Shown here: piece by piece, positions 1 through 11,758 of the stretch
Numbering within the stretch: position 1 is the first letter of the stretch
Layout: every line of letters begins with the position of its first letter
Assembly (NCBI GenBank): GCA_030704615.1
Contig: CM060731.1
Span: 8,432,001 to 8,496,000 of the forward strand
Origin: Takakia lepidozioides
Lineage: Eukaryota > Plantae > Bryophyta
Length of the DNA stretch: 64,000 nucleotides
Direction: 5' to 3'
The notes under the pieces: generated by a model
Seen by the model: only the letters and a program-made list of their open reading frames with translations
Databases searched by the model: none
Told to the model about the DNA's origin: nothing
Translations under genes and position numbers: made by a program

Positions 1-1212
1 CCAAACTTCGCTAGAACTTAGTGTTGTTAGTAGGGTACTAGTAAGCAAAAAAAAATGAAGAACCTAATATTATGGACAAGTATTTAAATGAAAGACTCGT
101 CATTGGAACCTGGACCTAGTATTAAGATGTAACATAGAAAGCAAACTGTAACATGCCTAAATGCATGTCAATCCAAAACAAAGAAAAAAACTAGCGCAAA
201 TGTGAAGGGAAAAGACATTTCAATAACCATAATGGTTATGGTTATGGCTATGGTTATGGTATGAATAGATTTGGAAAGAAAATGGCGTTATATAACGATT
301 TTTGGGAAGCGCCTGGATCTCATGGGAGAAAATGGATCTGAAGAAAACATGAGAGAGGATAAAAAGTCAAACCACCAAATAAAAACAATGAGAAATAAAA
401 ATTGCTTAAAATTTGAACAACGGAAAAGGACATGTGAAATTCCCTCTTAAACCAGGGGCAAAGATGAGAAGTATGAAAATCAAATGAAATGAAAGTTTGG
501 TGCAGAAAAGTCGTAGAGCTTAGAGGGAAAATGGAGGAAAACCTCATAGAAAAACTTGAGGACTGGCAAATTGAAAAATTGTATGTCAACAACGATTGAA
601 TAAGGCTCCTCCTAGTGGGAGACTTCAGTGGGAGAATTGGTTATGCGAAAAGCAAGTCCAATGTTTCAGAGAAGGACTGGAATTGGGCTATTTTCTTCCA
701 TTGTTAAAAACCTCTTTGACCGAATTTGAAGACTCCAGTGGTCGTGCCTACCCATTTTGTTCTTGTGATCTATATGTTATGTAGGCGAAACTCCCCCACA
801 GGGTCATCTTTGTTGACCAAGACGTACAGCAGGCCAGCATCCAGCAAACCAGAAACAAAGGACGAGAACGTCCACTAGACATTCGAGGTTTAATGCGACA
901 TAAGAAGATAACAAAAAGGATCCCCAAACGCAAACAAGAAGGGCCATATAGAGAAGAAAATTTTATTTCTTAAATCGAAGTACTGGAGTTGACCTCAACA
1001 ATATGTCCTTGGTCTGGAACTCGCTCGCACGACTCGTTTTCTGACTGATGATTAGCCTCCTCCAAATTAACGCGCGCCTTCACTGATTCGGCGGTAGTAA
1101 TTCTCTTAGTGCTATTCCTTGTCGTATTTTTTCGTGGAGGCATTGTCCACACAACATTGGTCACGTGGATCCATTGAGAAGGATCTGACGAGTTATACTC
1201 CCAAAGTTTTGA

Positions 1213-2200
1213 CCAACAGTCCCTGTACCTTTCCAAGTCTGTTGGGTTACCACCTTTTCTCGGTCTCCACCACTCCACCTTCAGCTTCTTAAAATTGGTG
1301 ATGACTCTGTTGTCTTCGAGACAAAAGACTACTCAAATATCTTGGATGCTTTTGTGGCTCGGCAACTCATGTCTAGTGCTTTTGTATTTTTCTCCACACA
1401 AGAATCATCGAGAAATCTTGTGTCATACATCCGGAATGGCCCTGGATCAAAATCGTTTATTATCCGACAGGGTTATTACATTCCTGGCGAGTTTGAATCA
1501 CCTTACAAGAGCTGCACGACTATATTCTCCCGGACGGTCCTTTGCCTCGACTACGTATTTCCGGCAACAGCTGAGGAGATGGTGAATCCGGACGACCACA
1601 TTCAAACTGTTTTGTTATCGCCGGACCCAATTAATCCCGTTATCCAAGGACCAGATGTAGACCCAACCTCGCAGGATATGGAGTGCAGAACTTACAATCA
1701 TGAGCTGAGGCCGGACACCTACGATTACCTGGTTTTTTTTTTTTTGCAGGGACGGGATGTCTTGTGTGAACATTTTCGGAGGACTGGCAATGACATATGT
1801 TCTTCTTGTAAGCGGATTCTGCATCTTGGAATTGTCTGTGTTTTCAGTTTTCCGGATTTAACTCTCGTATTATTGACGTTGTCGGAAAAGCGTGTTTAAC
1901 CTGTGTCTAATTGTTCCATTTTGTTAACCTCCATTGGGCAGTGGAGGTTCATGTTATTGGAGTTGTGGGTGTTTTGGGTGTTTGTTATTCTGCAGATTGG
2001 TGTATTTGGTAGTTGTCTCAAAAGAAAGCCTAACCCTTTCAATCTATCGATGGTAGGTGTTCGTCGGATTTTTTTTGATATCATTGTTTGGTTTCATTGC
2101 AAGAAAGAAATATTCGTGTGCTCGACATAAACTTTGTAACAAAAAAGAAATTTTGTAGAAGCAAGGTGGAGGCCTATTTCAGGACCCTCCAGATTGACAA
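1213..2200 (+). pseudogene. Degenerate beta-class amino-(N4C/N6A) DNA methyltransferase-like segment of a multi-exon gene
   Basis: ORF 1342..1899. Removing one T from the T13 run (1733-1745) gives YNHELRPDTYDYLVFFFCRDGMSCVNIFGGLAMTYVLL, whose spacing matches motif X-I (E/Q-K-P-x2-L-x3-L-I-x3-S-x2-G-D-x-V-L-D-P-F-x-G). A GTAAG donor follows (~1808), then RNIRVLDIN (motif II-like) in ORF 2088. No clear DPPY/SPPY seen. Confidence 0.5.
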
Positions 2201-2219
2201 TCAGACTATCGCAGGAGCC

Positions 2220-2362
2220 GGAGATGACGGAGACTCACTGCAGGATGACGAAGTAGACGAAAAAAATGATGACGAAGGACACGACAAGGATCAGGACGAG
2301 GAAATGGAGGAGAAACAAGAAGAGGATGACGAGGAGGAGAAAGACGAAGATGAGAACATGGA
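2220..2362 (+). other. D/E-rich acidic coding tract
   Basis: ORF 2088..2438: GDDGDSLQDDEVDEKNDDEGHDKDQDEEMEEKQEEDDEEEKDEDE. Confidence 0.7.
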
Positions 2363-3035
2363 AATCGTCAACGGAGTCCAGGGGCAGATCCGGCTAATGT
2401 TGGGAAGGAGAGGGCTAGGAAATTTCACGGTTGGATAATCTAGGTAGTACTCCAAATACCCAAGAACGCGTTGCGCCACAAGATGTACACAATCTGGACA
2501 GCTCTTCCTCCAGTTCCGATAACACCACGAATAAGAATCCGGCTTCTCCAGGGGGACAAGAAGTGACATCAAGGGAGTTAGTTGAAACCCTCGGTCAAGG
2601 GTTCACACCTGTGGAAGGTGACGAGCCATTGATTATGTCACTGGATCCCGTTAACAATCGTCGTGAGCTAGTATCCCAGAATGTCACCCAGAAAGTGGTT
2701 CTGGATATAGGTAACGAATGACAATTAGTGAATGTTTATTCGTACACACTTCTGAATACAATATGATAATATTGTAATTATATATACTTGTGATTGGAAT
2801 AATCCGAATGTTTTTTCCATATGACAATATTGTAATTATATATAATCCCAATGTTTTTCCCATATCCGTCTTTCTGGACTTCCGAATAAAACATATTTCC
2901 ACCCGGATACATATTTCCGTTCGTACACCTTTGTGGACAGCCACTAACCGATTTGGATAATTTTTCTTGTAGATCCAAGAATCCAATACGGAGGAAATGA
3001 CACACACAAGAAAATGATCAAAGGAGACTTAAACG

Positions 3036-3612
3036 GTGAAGAGACACGTGGATCTGACAGTGAGGGCCAGGTCACCTGAGCCGGTTCCGCAAGTAACCTT
3101 CACTGTCCAGTCGACGTTGCCATCAAGGGACGCAAGAATTGAGTCGAAGAATCCTCCTACTTGCGGGGAAGGAGAAGAGACAGAGCACCACAATCGTGTA
3201 ATCCAACAACAGATCCCGATTCGGGTAAAACATTGGCTTTTTTCTTATTACTCTTATTATTGGTCTTTCAGTCTAATTTTCGGTATTGCTCAATTCGGTA
3301 ATTTTGTCAGATCATTTTGGACCACCATAGTCGTCATCCGTGGGATTTTTCATTAATTTCATGTAGATTCGTGAGACGACGCTTGAGGAGATCAAACACA
3401 AGAGGACCGACTCTATCGAAATTGAGACGGTGAAGAGAAGAGTGGATCGAACAATTACTGTCGCTCTATCTGAGCCAGTCATACAAGTTACCTCCACTGG
3501 ACAGTCGAGGTTGCCATCTGCCTCCACAGAGAAGGACGATAACGTTGGACGTAGAGATGGGAAAGAGGAGGAGCAGCCTGCCCAGGGATCTCAACGGCCC
3601 ACTCCAAAAATG
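3036..3612 (+). repeat. Diverged tandemly duplicated exon pair
   Basis: KRHVDLTVRARSPEPVPQVTFTVQSTLPS (3036-) vs KRRVDRTITVALSEPVIQVTSTGQSRLPS (3430-). Each is followed by a GTAA donor and a T-rich intron-like stretch. Confidence 0.7.
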
Positions 3613-3707
3613 GTAATGATTTCAACTCCATTCTTCCGTTTGTCTACTTTGGGATTTTACTCAAATTGAAATTAATAATGAACTTTTCTGTTATTCCATA
3701 GGACAAC

Positions 3708-4512
3708 ATGCATTACCCTCCAGTCAACTATTTCCTTTCTGTCAATCCAAACGATCTGCATTCCCTTCCTTGGGGACCGAACGGATGCCGGCCAGGATAC
3801 TACGTCCTGGTTTTGGACATCGGTTACCTTTGTGAGGTTTTCCTAAAGGATGGAAAGAAAACACCTCCTGCCACCCAGCCTTGTATCTCCGCAGGGAAAT
3901 TCCAAGTTAGCTACGCGAAACAGTCTTGACGAATTCGTTAAGTGGGCCGTCAAAAAGTTTTCCGTTTGGCTTTGGAACACTGGACCTGAAATGAACGTCG
4001 AGACTATCGCCAAGGCCGTGTTCGGGAAGTATTTTTCCCAGGTCAGAACTTACAGCAGTGAGAATTCCGTCATGCATAGATCGACATTCAACGAAAAATG
4101 GCCCAAAGCTTCCAAAAATCCCATCTACTTTAAACGTCTTTACGACATTTTCGCTGAGGAAGACCCGATGGCTTACAAATCCAATACTCTCCTCATCGAC
4201 ACTGTAGACAATATGTACAAGTCCTATTTGAACCCGTTAGGACATACCATCTTCCTTCCAAAATATAAGGCGCGCGTGGACCCTGACAGGGATAAATTTC
4301 TACTGGAAGAGCTCAAGCCTCACCTTAACATGTTCCGGTTATCGGGGATGGATGTCATGCCGTTCAACGACCTACATTCTTTCGGCGTTTCGAAGGATTT
4401 ATTCGAGGACGACCCAACGGTCAAATTTCTTAGAGACTTTGATTATAGGTGGCAGAAGTTTCTTAGCAATCTCGAGTTGCGTGCCGCTGCATTGGGACAT
4501 AAAATATTTTAA
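3708..4512 (+). pseudogene. FCP1/NIF (HAD-like) phosphatase-like domain 1, frameshifted near 3916
   Basis: VLVLDIGYLC (motif I-like) in ORF 3708 joins LDEFVKWAVKKFSVWLWNT...FKRLYDIF...NTLLID...KSYLNP in ORF 3850. Confidence 0.7.
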
Positions 4513-4617
4513 CTGAGTTTGCTGAACCTCGGCTGTCCAGTGGACGTTCTTGTTCACTTTCCTGGTGTCAGTTTTTCCAATGCATTGTATTGTTCCCTTT
4601 TATCATCCTAAGTATGA

Positions 4618-5364
4618 ATGACTCTCTGGCAGATTGGAGCACCTGTTTCTCCTCCTGCGCAAGGGTTGCATTTGATTATTTTTGACTTGAATGGAGTCTT
4701 GTGCAAAATCTTGAAGCACCAGAAGAGCTACAATGTCCCCCGGTTTTTAGAATCGGACTACAAAATTCCAGCTCTTGTCGGATTCCGACTTGTCTTTAGA
4801 CGGGAGAAATATCGTGAAGTGTGGACAGAGTTGCACAAACACTACCGGTTAGGGATTTGGAGCTCTATGATGTACAAGAACTTGCAGCCCATCCTGGATT
4901 TTTTGCTTCGTGGTCTACCTCAACCGGCCTTCGTTATGTCTCAAGAGGATTGTATTTCATGCCCTACTTCGGTTCACCCTCAATTCAAATCAGGATTGGA
5001 CCCTCCTCATTTGTTTTTGAAGCCACTGGTCAAGGTCTGGCAGAGATTTGGTGGGCAATACACCAAGAGTAACACTCTGTTCATTGACAACACCGCCATG
5101 AAGTGTGTATTGAACCCGCCCGACTCATGTCTTGTTCTCAAACCGTTCCAGACCGTTGAGACTGATGGTTGCTATCTTCTCAAGGTTCTTCAGACCTATT
5201 TGCTTGGAATGAGGAAACATCCCACTGTTTCAAGCTATCTTAGGAAAAAAAGGATAGGGTTGAGTCTTTTTCCCATTGTTTCAAACGATCCCAAGTTTAG
5301 CCCATTCTGGGATCTTATTGAGGACAACGGTTTTAACAGTCTCAGATATGATGCTTCAAAATAA
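4618..5364 (+). CDS. FCP1/NIF (HAD-like) phosphatase-like domain 2 (probably an internal exon from 4632)
   Basis: LIIFDLNGVLC, LGIWSS, FLKPLVKVW, NTLFIDNTAMKCVLNP; acceptor tggcag| at 4631. Confidence 0.8.
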   Translation: MTLWQIGAPVSPPAQGLHLIIFDLNGVLCKILKHQKSYNVPRFLESDYKIPALVGFRLVFRREKYREVWTELHKHYRLGIWSSMMYKNLQPILDFLLRGLPQPAFVMSQEDCISCPTSVHPQFKSGLDPPHLFLKPLVKVWQRFGGQYTKSNTLFIDNTAMKCVLNPPDSCLVLKPFQTVETDGCYLLKVLQTYLLGMRKHPTVSSYLRKKRIGLSLFPIVSNDPKFSPFWDLIEDNGFNSLRYDASK

Positions 5365-6843
5365 ATTATTTTTTATCAATCCCATCTCACTCAAGCTATT
5401 GAATATCTTCATGGTTTCTCTTTTTCATTTCCTTGTAATCACACACTTGAAAGATATGGTACTCTCATTTTGACTCATTTTCAGTTGAATTCTTTACGCA
5501 CATTCCGGGCAATCCCAAGACTCTGATACAGGCCTTCATACGGGGACAAAACAGTGGAGGTTCGCATTCGTGCATTCCCGGATTTATGATTATGTCTCTT
5601 TGGCAGGTTCAAGGAGATGCTGAGAACGTCATCGGTTCCTCAAGTCCCCTAAAGGAACCCTCCGGATCAGCTGTGAGTCGGAGTATTGAAGGCTTTCCGA
5701 GGATTCACGATGGTGCTCAAATTGAGGATGGATTCTCTGTCAGACCCTTGTCCTCCCGGGAAGCAGGCGACACTCTTCTCCTCTCGGGGTCCTCCTGGGG
5801 GTAAAATCCAAGGTGCAGGTGAAGAACACAAATATCCTGGAGACTTTATCAACCTTTCCGAACATTCCTCACCCTCCCTGTTCAGTACGCAGGGTCTGGT
5901 CTATCCAACCGTCGGGGACTCGGCTACGGCTCCGCTGCACCTGCTTCCGTCTCTTCCTCGCATATCTCCCCAGCACGAGGGTTGGACAGCCCAAATCCGC
6001 AGGAGTCAGGTGACTTAAACTCATTTCTCGCTCCTTGCTCATTCTCATAGTTTCACTTAGTTTGGGGTCTGATATTCATCTGTCGCTCCAGGTAAGAAAA
6101 TCTGCAGATTATGACCTTCCTGTCAAACGACGTCTGCATTGGAATGCAGTTCCGAGATAAATTATTCCTTCGTTGCGTTTTCATTCCATCCAGGATGTCG
6201 AGTGCTCAAGGGGCAATTTTCTGTGCTTGCCTGTTGTTGCCCCTCCACTTCTCCCATCGTTCAATGGCAAAACATTTCCAACATCGATACAGCATGACCT
6301 TGAACTGCTCGCACAATGTTCTGCACCAAAGAGGCGAAAAACAGCCCCCGAGCCATTTCCTTCCTCTGTAGGGAATCATTACAAAGGACAAAAGGCTGAC
6401 AAGAAAAAAAGAGCGGACTCCAAAGACATGAGGACTCCCTCGGATGTTGTGGCGCCTCGTCAATCCAAGCTCGCGGGAATCCACTGTTCTTCTGCTAGAC
6501 ATTCCAATAAGGCTTCAATGGTACATTTCAAAACAATTTCTCCACTTTCGTTTGCAGTTTTATTTTCTGTCCCAAACTAACTCCGTAATTTCTATACAAG
6601 CGAGTATGGAGCTGCATAACTTCTTGAATGCGCCTCCCGACAAGGTGCGTCCACTAACCTCCACTTGACAGCCGACGTTCATCTTTTCGTGATCTCGAAC
6701 TCTTCGATATATGGTCTACTCTTGGTCATTTACAGTAGTCCATTGTCGGGACACTTATGTCTCCGAAAACGTAGAGGTCACTCTGAAAGTAAGAAACACT
6801 ACATTGTGTTGTTTCTGACGACGGGAACACTTAAATTGCGCAG

Positions 6844-7592
6844 GTTGGTATCGTCCATCAGCCTTCATTTGCAACATTGGGGAAGAGGAAACGGAGGCTA
6901 TTAATATTGAGTGTCAACGGTCTCCTTTGCTACCGGCCACCTCCAACCGGCGGTGAATTGCTTAAGGAGAGATTTCGTTTTAGGAAAGTTACAGTTTATG
7001 TTCCCGAAAGACCTTTTGTGGTTCCCCGGCCCGGAGTCTTGGAGTTTCTCAACCTTGCGTTCATGCATTTTCACGTGGCGATCTGGTCATGTGCTGAAAG
7101 ACATGTTCTTTGTAGGATGCTCGAGTGCTTAGTTCCTACGAAAATTGCGAAGAAGTTTTGCTTCATCTGGTCAGCTGAGGATTGCAAAGACACTACCGGT
7201 TATATCATGCCGGGGATGAAATATCTCGTTAAGGATATTCGCACTGTTCTTGCCAAGTACCCTGGTACACCCTTTGCAACGCAGGGACAAATACTCCTTG
7301 TTGATGATGAGCCATCAAAGGGCCTCCGAAACCCACCAAATACTGGATTCTTCCGTATTTCATACAAGCCATCACCAAAGGGATTGGTTGACCAGGATGA
7401 TATGACAAAAGCTGTGTGACCATATATATTGAAAATGGCTGCAGCTTCAACAGTCGTAGATTACATCAGCGAAAACCCTGCCAAGTGTTCTCGTAAGCCT
7501 ATTGGTCATGACCATGCCTATTGGGCTTGGTATGGAAGATATGTTGATCCTCGTGTTTGGATCCCACAACAAAAGGAACCTGATTACCTTGG
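6844..7592 (+). pseudogene. FCP1/NIF (HAD-like) phosphatase-like domain 3 with in-frame stop at 7417-7419
   Basis: LLILSVNGLLC, RPGVLEFL, VAIWSC, FIWSAEDC, ILLVDDEPSKGLRNP; ORFs 6877 and 7429 share one frame; acceptor at 6843, donor near 7592. Confidence 0.75.
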
Positions 7593-8579
7593 TATGTACT
7601 TATCCCACTGTTTGTTGTTTATGGAGAATTTGATCTTGAAAGTGTCTTCCACTTGCACTTTTACTTTATCATTTTTTCTGCAAATGTTCCACATTTCAGC
7701 TGACATTTGTCATATGAAAAAATTGTTTTGCCCAGTCACATTCAAGGAGCGAATTCGAAAAGAAGAAGAAGAGCTTCGTGATTGGCAAGAATGATGGGCT
7801 TCCCGGCAGGCTTCAAGGGCATCAAGAGATTCAACAAGTAGAGTTCCAAGTAACATTTCGGATGATAATGTTACTACTAGGTTCGAATTCTCCGAAAGTA
7901 TTTCCGTTTTCATCTGGTGCGGAGACCGTTGCAAGTGGTTGTGGTAACCGGAGGCGTCTTCGAACACATGCCTTGACTGCGAGCCGTTTGGGAGGAGGCT
8001 TTGTAATACTAATGGGTTAGTGTAAGCCGTTGTATGGCTTCGAGCCGCTGGATAACATTAAATCCAACGGATGTACAGTTGACGTTACATTAAGTTTGAC
8101 TGTAACACCAAAGTTGCAATCTCTAATAAAATATAAATGTTTATCATCAATGTATGCGGACACATTCTTTCATATCATCCTCTTCATCACATGCCATGAT
8201 TGTTCTATGTTTGGTTTTGTATGTCATCTGATATGACAACCATTTTCTGCAAAAAGTTTTACATATCTGACCTCACATCATGGTGTAATTTATTGCATCC
8301 TCCCATTTTTTTCGTGAACGTCAACTTGGCAGTGGATGTTCTTCTAAAACCACAATACATACTTATATTGTCTCCAAAAATGTTTGGAGGATTATATTGT
8401 GTATAAAATAAACAAAATAATCATATATATCGCTTTATTTCAATAATAAATTTTGATTATTCATATTTCTCATATTATTTCTGGACCAAACAAAAGTCCA
8501 GAATTAGTTAAAATAGTGTTATTAGGGATATCATGACTAGAAATCAGTTTGAGAGCATCACAAGATGCCTACATTTGGT

Positions 8580-9080
8580 GGACAATGACACTGGTTTCAT
8601 ACAAATCAGACCCGAGATTTGATAAGCTTGCTGAGGTGAGGTGGTTGTTGGAGGAATTTGTCCAACGATATGCAAGTCATTTCAATCCCCACCAGTTCTT
8701 GACAGTGGATGAGATGATGGTGCATTGGTCGGGCACGATATGCGGGTTCAAAATGTACATGCCAGATAAGCCAGTGAAGCATGGCATAAAAATATGGGTT
8801 GTTACATGTTCAGTTTCTAAGTATGTTCATAATTTTGAGGTATACTTGGGCAAAGATGATGCTATGGATTTGGGCCATGGTCAAGGGCATGCGGTGGTCA
8901 CGTCGATGTTAAAGGGCTTTGAAAACAATGGACATGTGGTGTGCCCATAATATTTTCACTTCTATTCGTTTGTTACATGATCTACTTGAAAATGGCATTA
9001 TGGCCTGTGGTACAACTCGCATTTGTCGCAAGGGCTTCCCTCCATCGGGCCAAAATGCATGATCGAGGCAAATGGATGTA
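8580..9080 (+). mobile_element. piggyBac-like transposase fragment (DDE_Tnp_1_7)
   Basis: FDKLAEVRWL, LTVDEMMV, KMYMPDKPVKHGIKIW, NFEVYLGK, GHVVC followed by a frameshift. Confidence 0.9.
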
Positions 9081-9327
9081 TATAAGTTGTTTTTTTTTTT
9101 TTGTTTTTTTTTTTTTTTTTTTTTAATAAAATTTTACCGCCCCTCCTTAGCTGCATAGTATGATAAAAGCAAATGGACATATGTAAGAGACACACAAAAA
9201 TTTAAAACAAAATTTAAAAATTAAAAAATTAAAAATAAAAATTGCCTTACATGCATGAGGCCAAATCCACAATTGTTCACGATCAAGGCAAATGAACGTA
9301 GCTAAGACATAATATATATATATATAG

Positions 9328-10157
9328 CCTCTCATTTTAGATTAATTGGGTCTTTAATTCTCACATGTGCGCCAGGCAGACGCACGAACATCGGGTCGCC
9401 TCCGACTTCATCCGCGACCACCTGGTGGGTCTGCTCGCGGGTCCGAGTTTGCTGGCGTCCAATGGCGGGTCTGCCGCCGCAGACAGCCCCGCCCTCGGGA
9501 CTTGGAAACTTTTTCGGGGAAACTCGTCCGTAAAAAAGATCCCGAACCGTAAAAAATATCATTGTTAATGCACTACAGCGCTAGCCATATTTGAACCCAC
9601 AACCTCATGGACACCATCCGAAGCGCCCAACCACCACACTATCCACTATTTACTACTACAATACCAGTTTTTGTATCCCTTATACTAGAAAAGGGGTGCT
9701 GTCAGCCCTCACGTGACCTAGAAGGAGGGTGGACCCTACCAGGGCCAACAGACCCCACCTGAGCAAACCCCCCATGCGGCTGCCGGGTATGGGGCCGGGA
9801 CCGAGGCGACCCCGCATCCGTGCGTGGGGCCCGCGGTGCCTAGACGTGAGCCTTAAACACCCAATTACCGTACCTGCCTACGCTGTCCGATGAAAATTAA
9901 ATGCAAAAATATACTGCCGAATTTTCTTAAAATGAAGTCCTCCCATGAACAAATATCAGAAATTCGACCCCCAGTCATGCCCTTCCGAATTTATTTGCAA
10001 TACCATTGCACTAGCCGCACACATATGTGATATAAGTATCTGTATTTTTTTTATTTATCATGAAAATTTTCGGAACTACAGAAATTAAGAAAAATTAATT
10101 AGTCCGGCGGGGTCATGATGAATAGCATAGGCAAGTACGATATTCAACAATGAGAAG
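9328..10157. mobile_element. Putative non-autonomous element inserted in a (TA)n microsatellite
   Basis: Flanked on both sides by (TA)n; short imperfect inverted ends CCTCTCATT / AATGAGAAG. Confidence 0.4.
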
Positions 10158-10489
10158 TATATATATATATATACCCCTAGTTGCATGAGGCCAAATCCAT
10201 GATCGTTAATGATTGAGGCAATTGGACGTATATAAGGCAAATAAACAATAATAATTAGTCCAACATGTTACAGTATTGCAGGTGCTGCCTGAACCACAAT
10301 CGTTGACGACCTTGACACTACCTTCTGGAGTGCTATGTTTTGTTCATATTCATGTGCACTGTTACTGGAAAAAATGAGGGTCTCCCTATCACAATAGACA
10401 CATGTCTGCGGAAATGGGAGTTTGTTCGATGTAATTTGTGTCAGTCTGCATTTATGGGCCTGAGAAATTACGTGCCGGAACGTAGCCTG

Positions 10490-10728
10490 CGTAGGCTCAC
10501 AGACTCATAGGGCCAGGCTCACGTTCTAGCATTCCCTATTTTGAAGTAGTCCAACTGCGTGTATAGAAGAAACTCGTGTACATTCACTCGTTTATCTTCA
10601 ATGACCAAATTTGTCTGGTGTATGCGATCAATAGATTCTGCTAGCAGTTTACTGCCTTTGTTAGTGGCCTCTACCATGTCCTTGTGCATAGATTATGATT
10701 TTCATTTTACACACATTGTGTTACCAGG
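10490..10728 (-). pseudogene. 3' part of a trihelix/Myb-SANT pseudogene split by the LTR element
   Basis: Minus strand reads PGNT...SMHKDMVEATNKGSKLLAESIDRIH...QLDYFK and joins ...APSKRPG from 15124 across the CCAGG target site. Confidence 0.6.
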
Positions 10729-11720
10729 TGTCACGGACATAGCCCAGAGGAACTTACCAGGAGTAAATACCAAAAGTTATCAAGTTACCATGTTACCGAA
10801 AATAACCATGACTTAACGTGATTTACCATTATTTACCAAATTACTGGGAGTTTACCAAATTACCAAGAGTAACTTGGGAAACTACTCAGGAAGCTTCATT
10901 TTGAAGAAACTTCTCCATCAAGATACCTCCTTTGTTTAAGGAAGCTTCTCCATCAAGAAACCTTTGTTTAATCTTGGAAACTTCTCCAGCAAGAAATCTC
11001 CATAGGGGAAGCTTCTTGGGGAAGCTTCTTAGTAGCCAGTATATATAGGAGGCGAAACTGGACACTCTTCAGTCTCGCCAACACAAGTTCAAGCTACTCT
11101 TGTTCCAAGTGCAGTACTCCAGTCCAGTTTCCAGTATCTGGTATTCCAGTCCAGTTTCCAGCATTCCAGTATCCGAGTCGAGTTCCAGTATTTTGTACTC
11201 TTGTCTATTGTTATAAAGATCATCTTGATTCATGTTCACCTACCATGCATTCGGCCACGCCGACCTTGACTTCTTGTCTAGTCTTGTACTTCTAGTCTGA
11301 TCTCTTGTTTGTATTCTGTCATGTTCTCGTCCTTGACAGATGTAGTTTCCACCATTCCAGTATCCGAGTCGAGTTCCAGTATTTTGTACTCTTGTCCATT
11401 GTTATAAAGATCATCTTGATTCATGTTCACCTACCATGCATTCGGTCACGCCGACCTTGACTTCTTGTCTAGTCTTGTACCTCTAGTCTGATCTCTTGTT
11501 TGTATTCTGTCATGTTCTCGTCCTTGACAGATGTAGTTTCCACCATTCCAGTATCCGAGTCGAGTTCCAGTATTTTGTACTCTTGTCCATTGTTATAAAG
11601 ATCATCTTGATTCATGTTCACCTACCATGCATTCGGTCACGCCGACCTTGACTTCTTGTCTAGTCTTGTACCTCTAGTCTGATCTCTTGTTTGTGTTCTG
11701 TCATATTCTCGTCCTTGACA
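10729..11720 (+). repeat. 5' LTR (10729-11338) plus two extra ~191-bp U5-end copies (11339-11529, 11530-11720)
   Basis: ...CTCGTCCTTGACA occurs three times at 191-bp spacing; TATA (CAGTATATATAG) at ~11037-11048. Confidence 0.9.
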
Positions 11721-11722
11721 GT

Positions 11723-11733
11723 TTGGCGAGACT
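11723..11733 (+). promoter_or_regulatory. Self-priming primer-binding site
   Basis: TTGGCGAGACT is the exact reverse complement of AGTCTCGCCAA (11071-11081), ~30 nt downstream of the LTR TATA box. Confidence 0.8.
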
Positions 11734-11758
11734 AAAGTTTATTCTTTAGTTAGTTAAG

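Noticed and set aside
784-9080. MTase/NIF unit as proven cargo of the adjacent piggyBac fragment
   Set aside because: The transposase piece is truncated and no enclosing TIR/TTAA pair is visible, so adjacency alone is insufficient.
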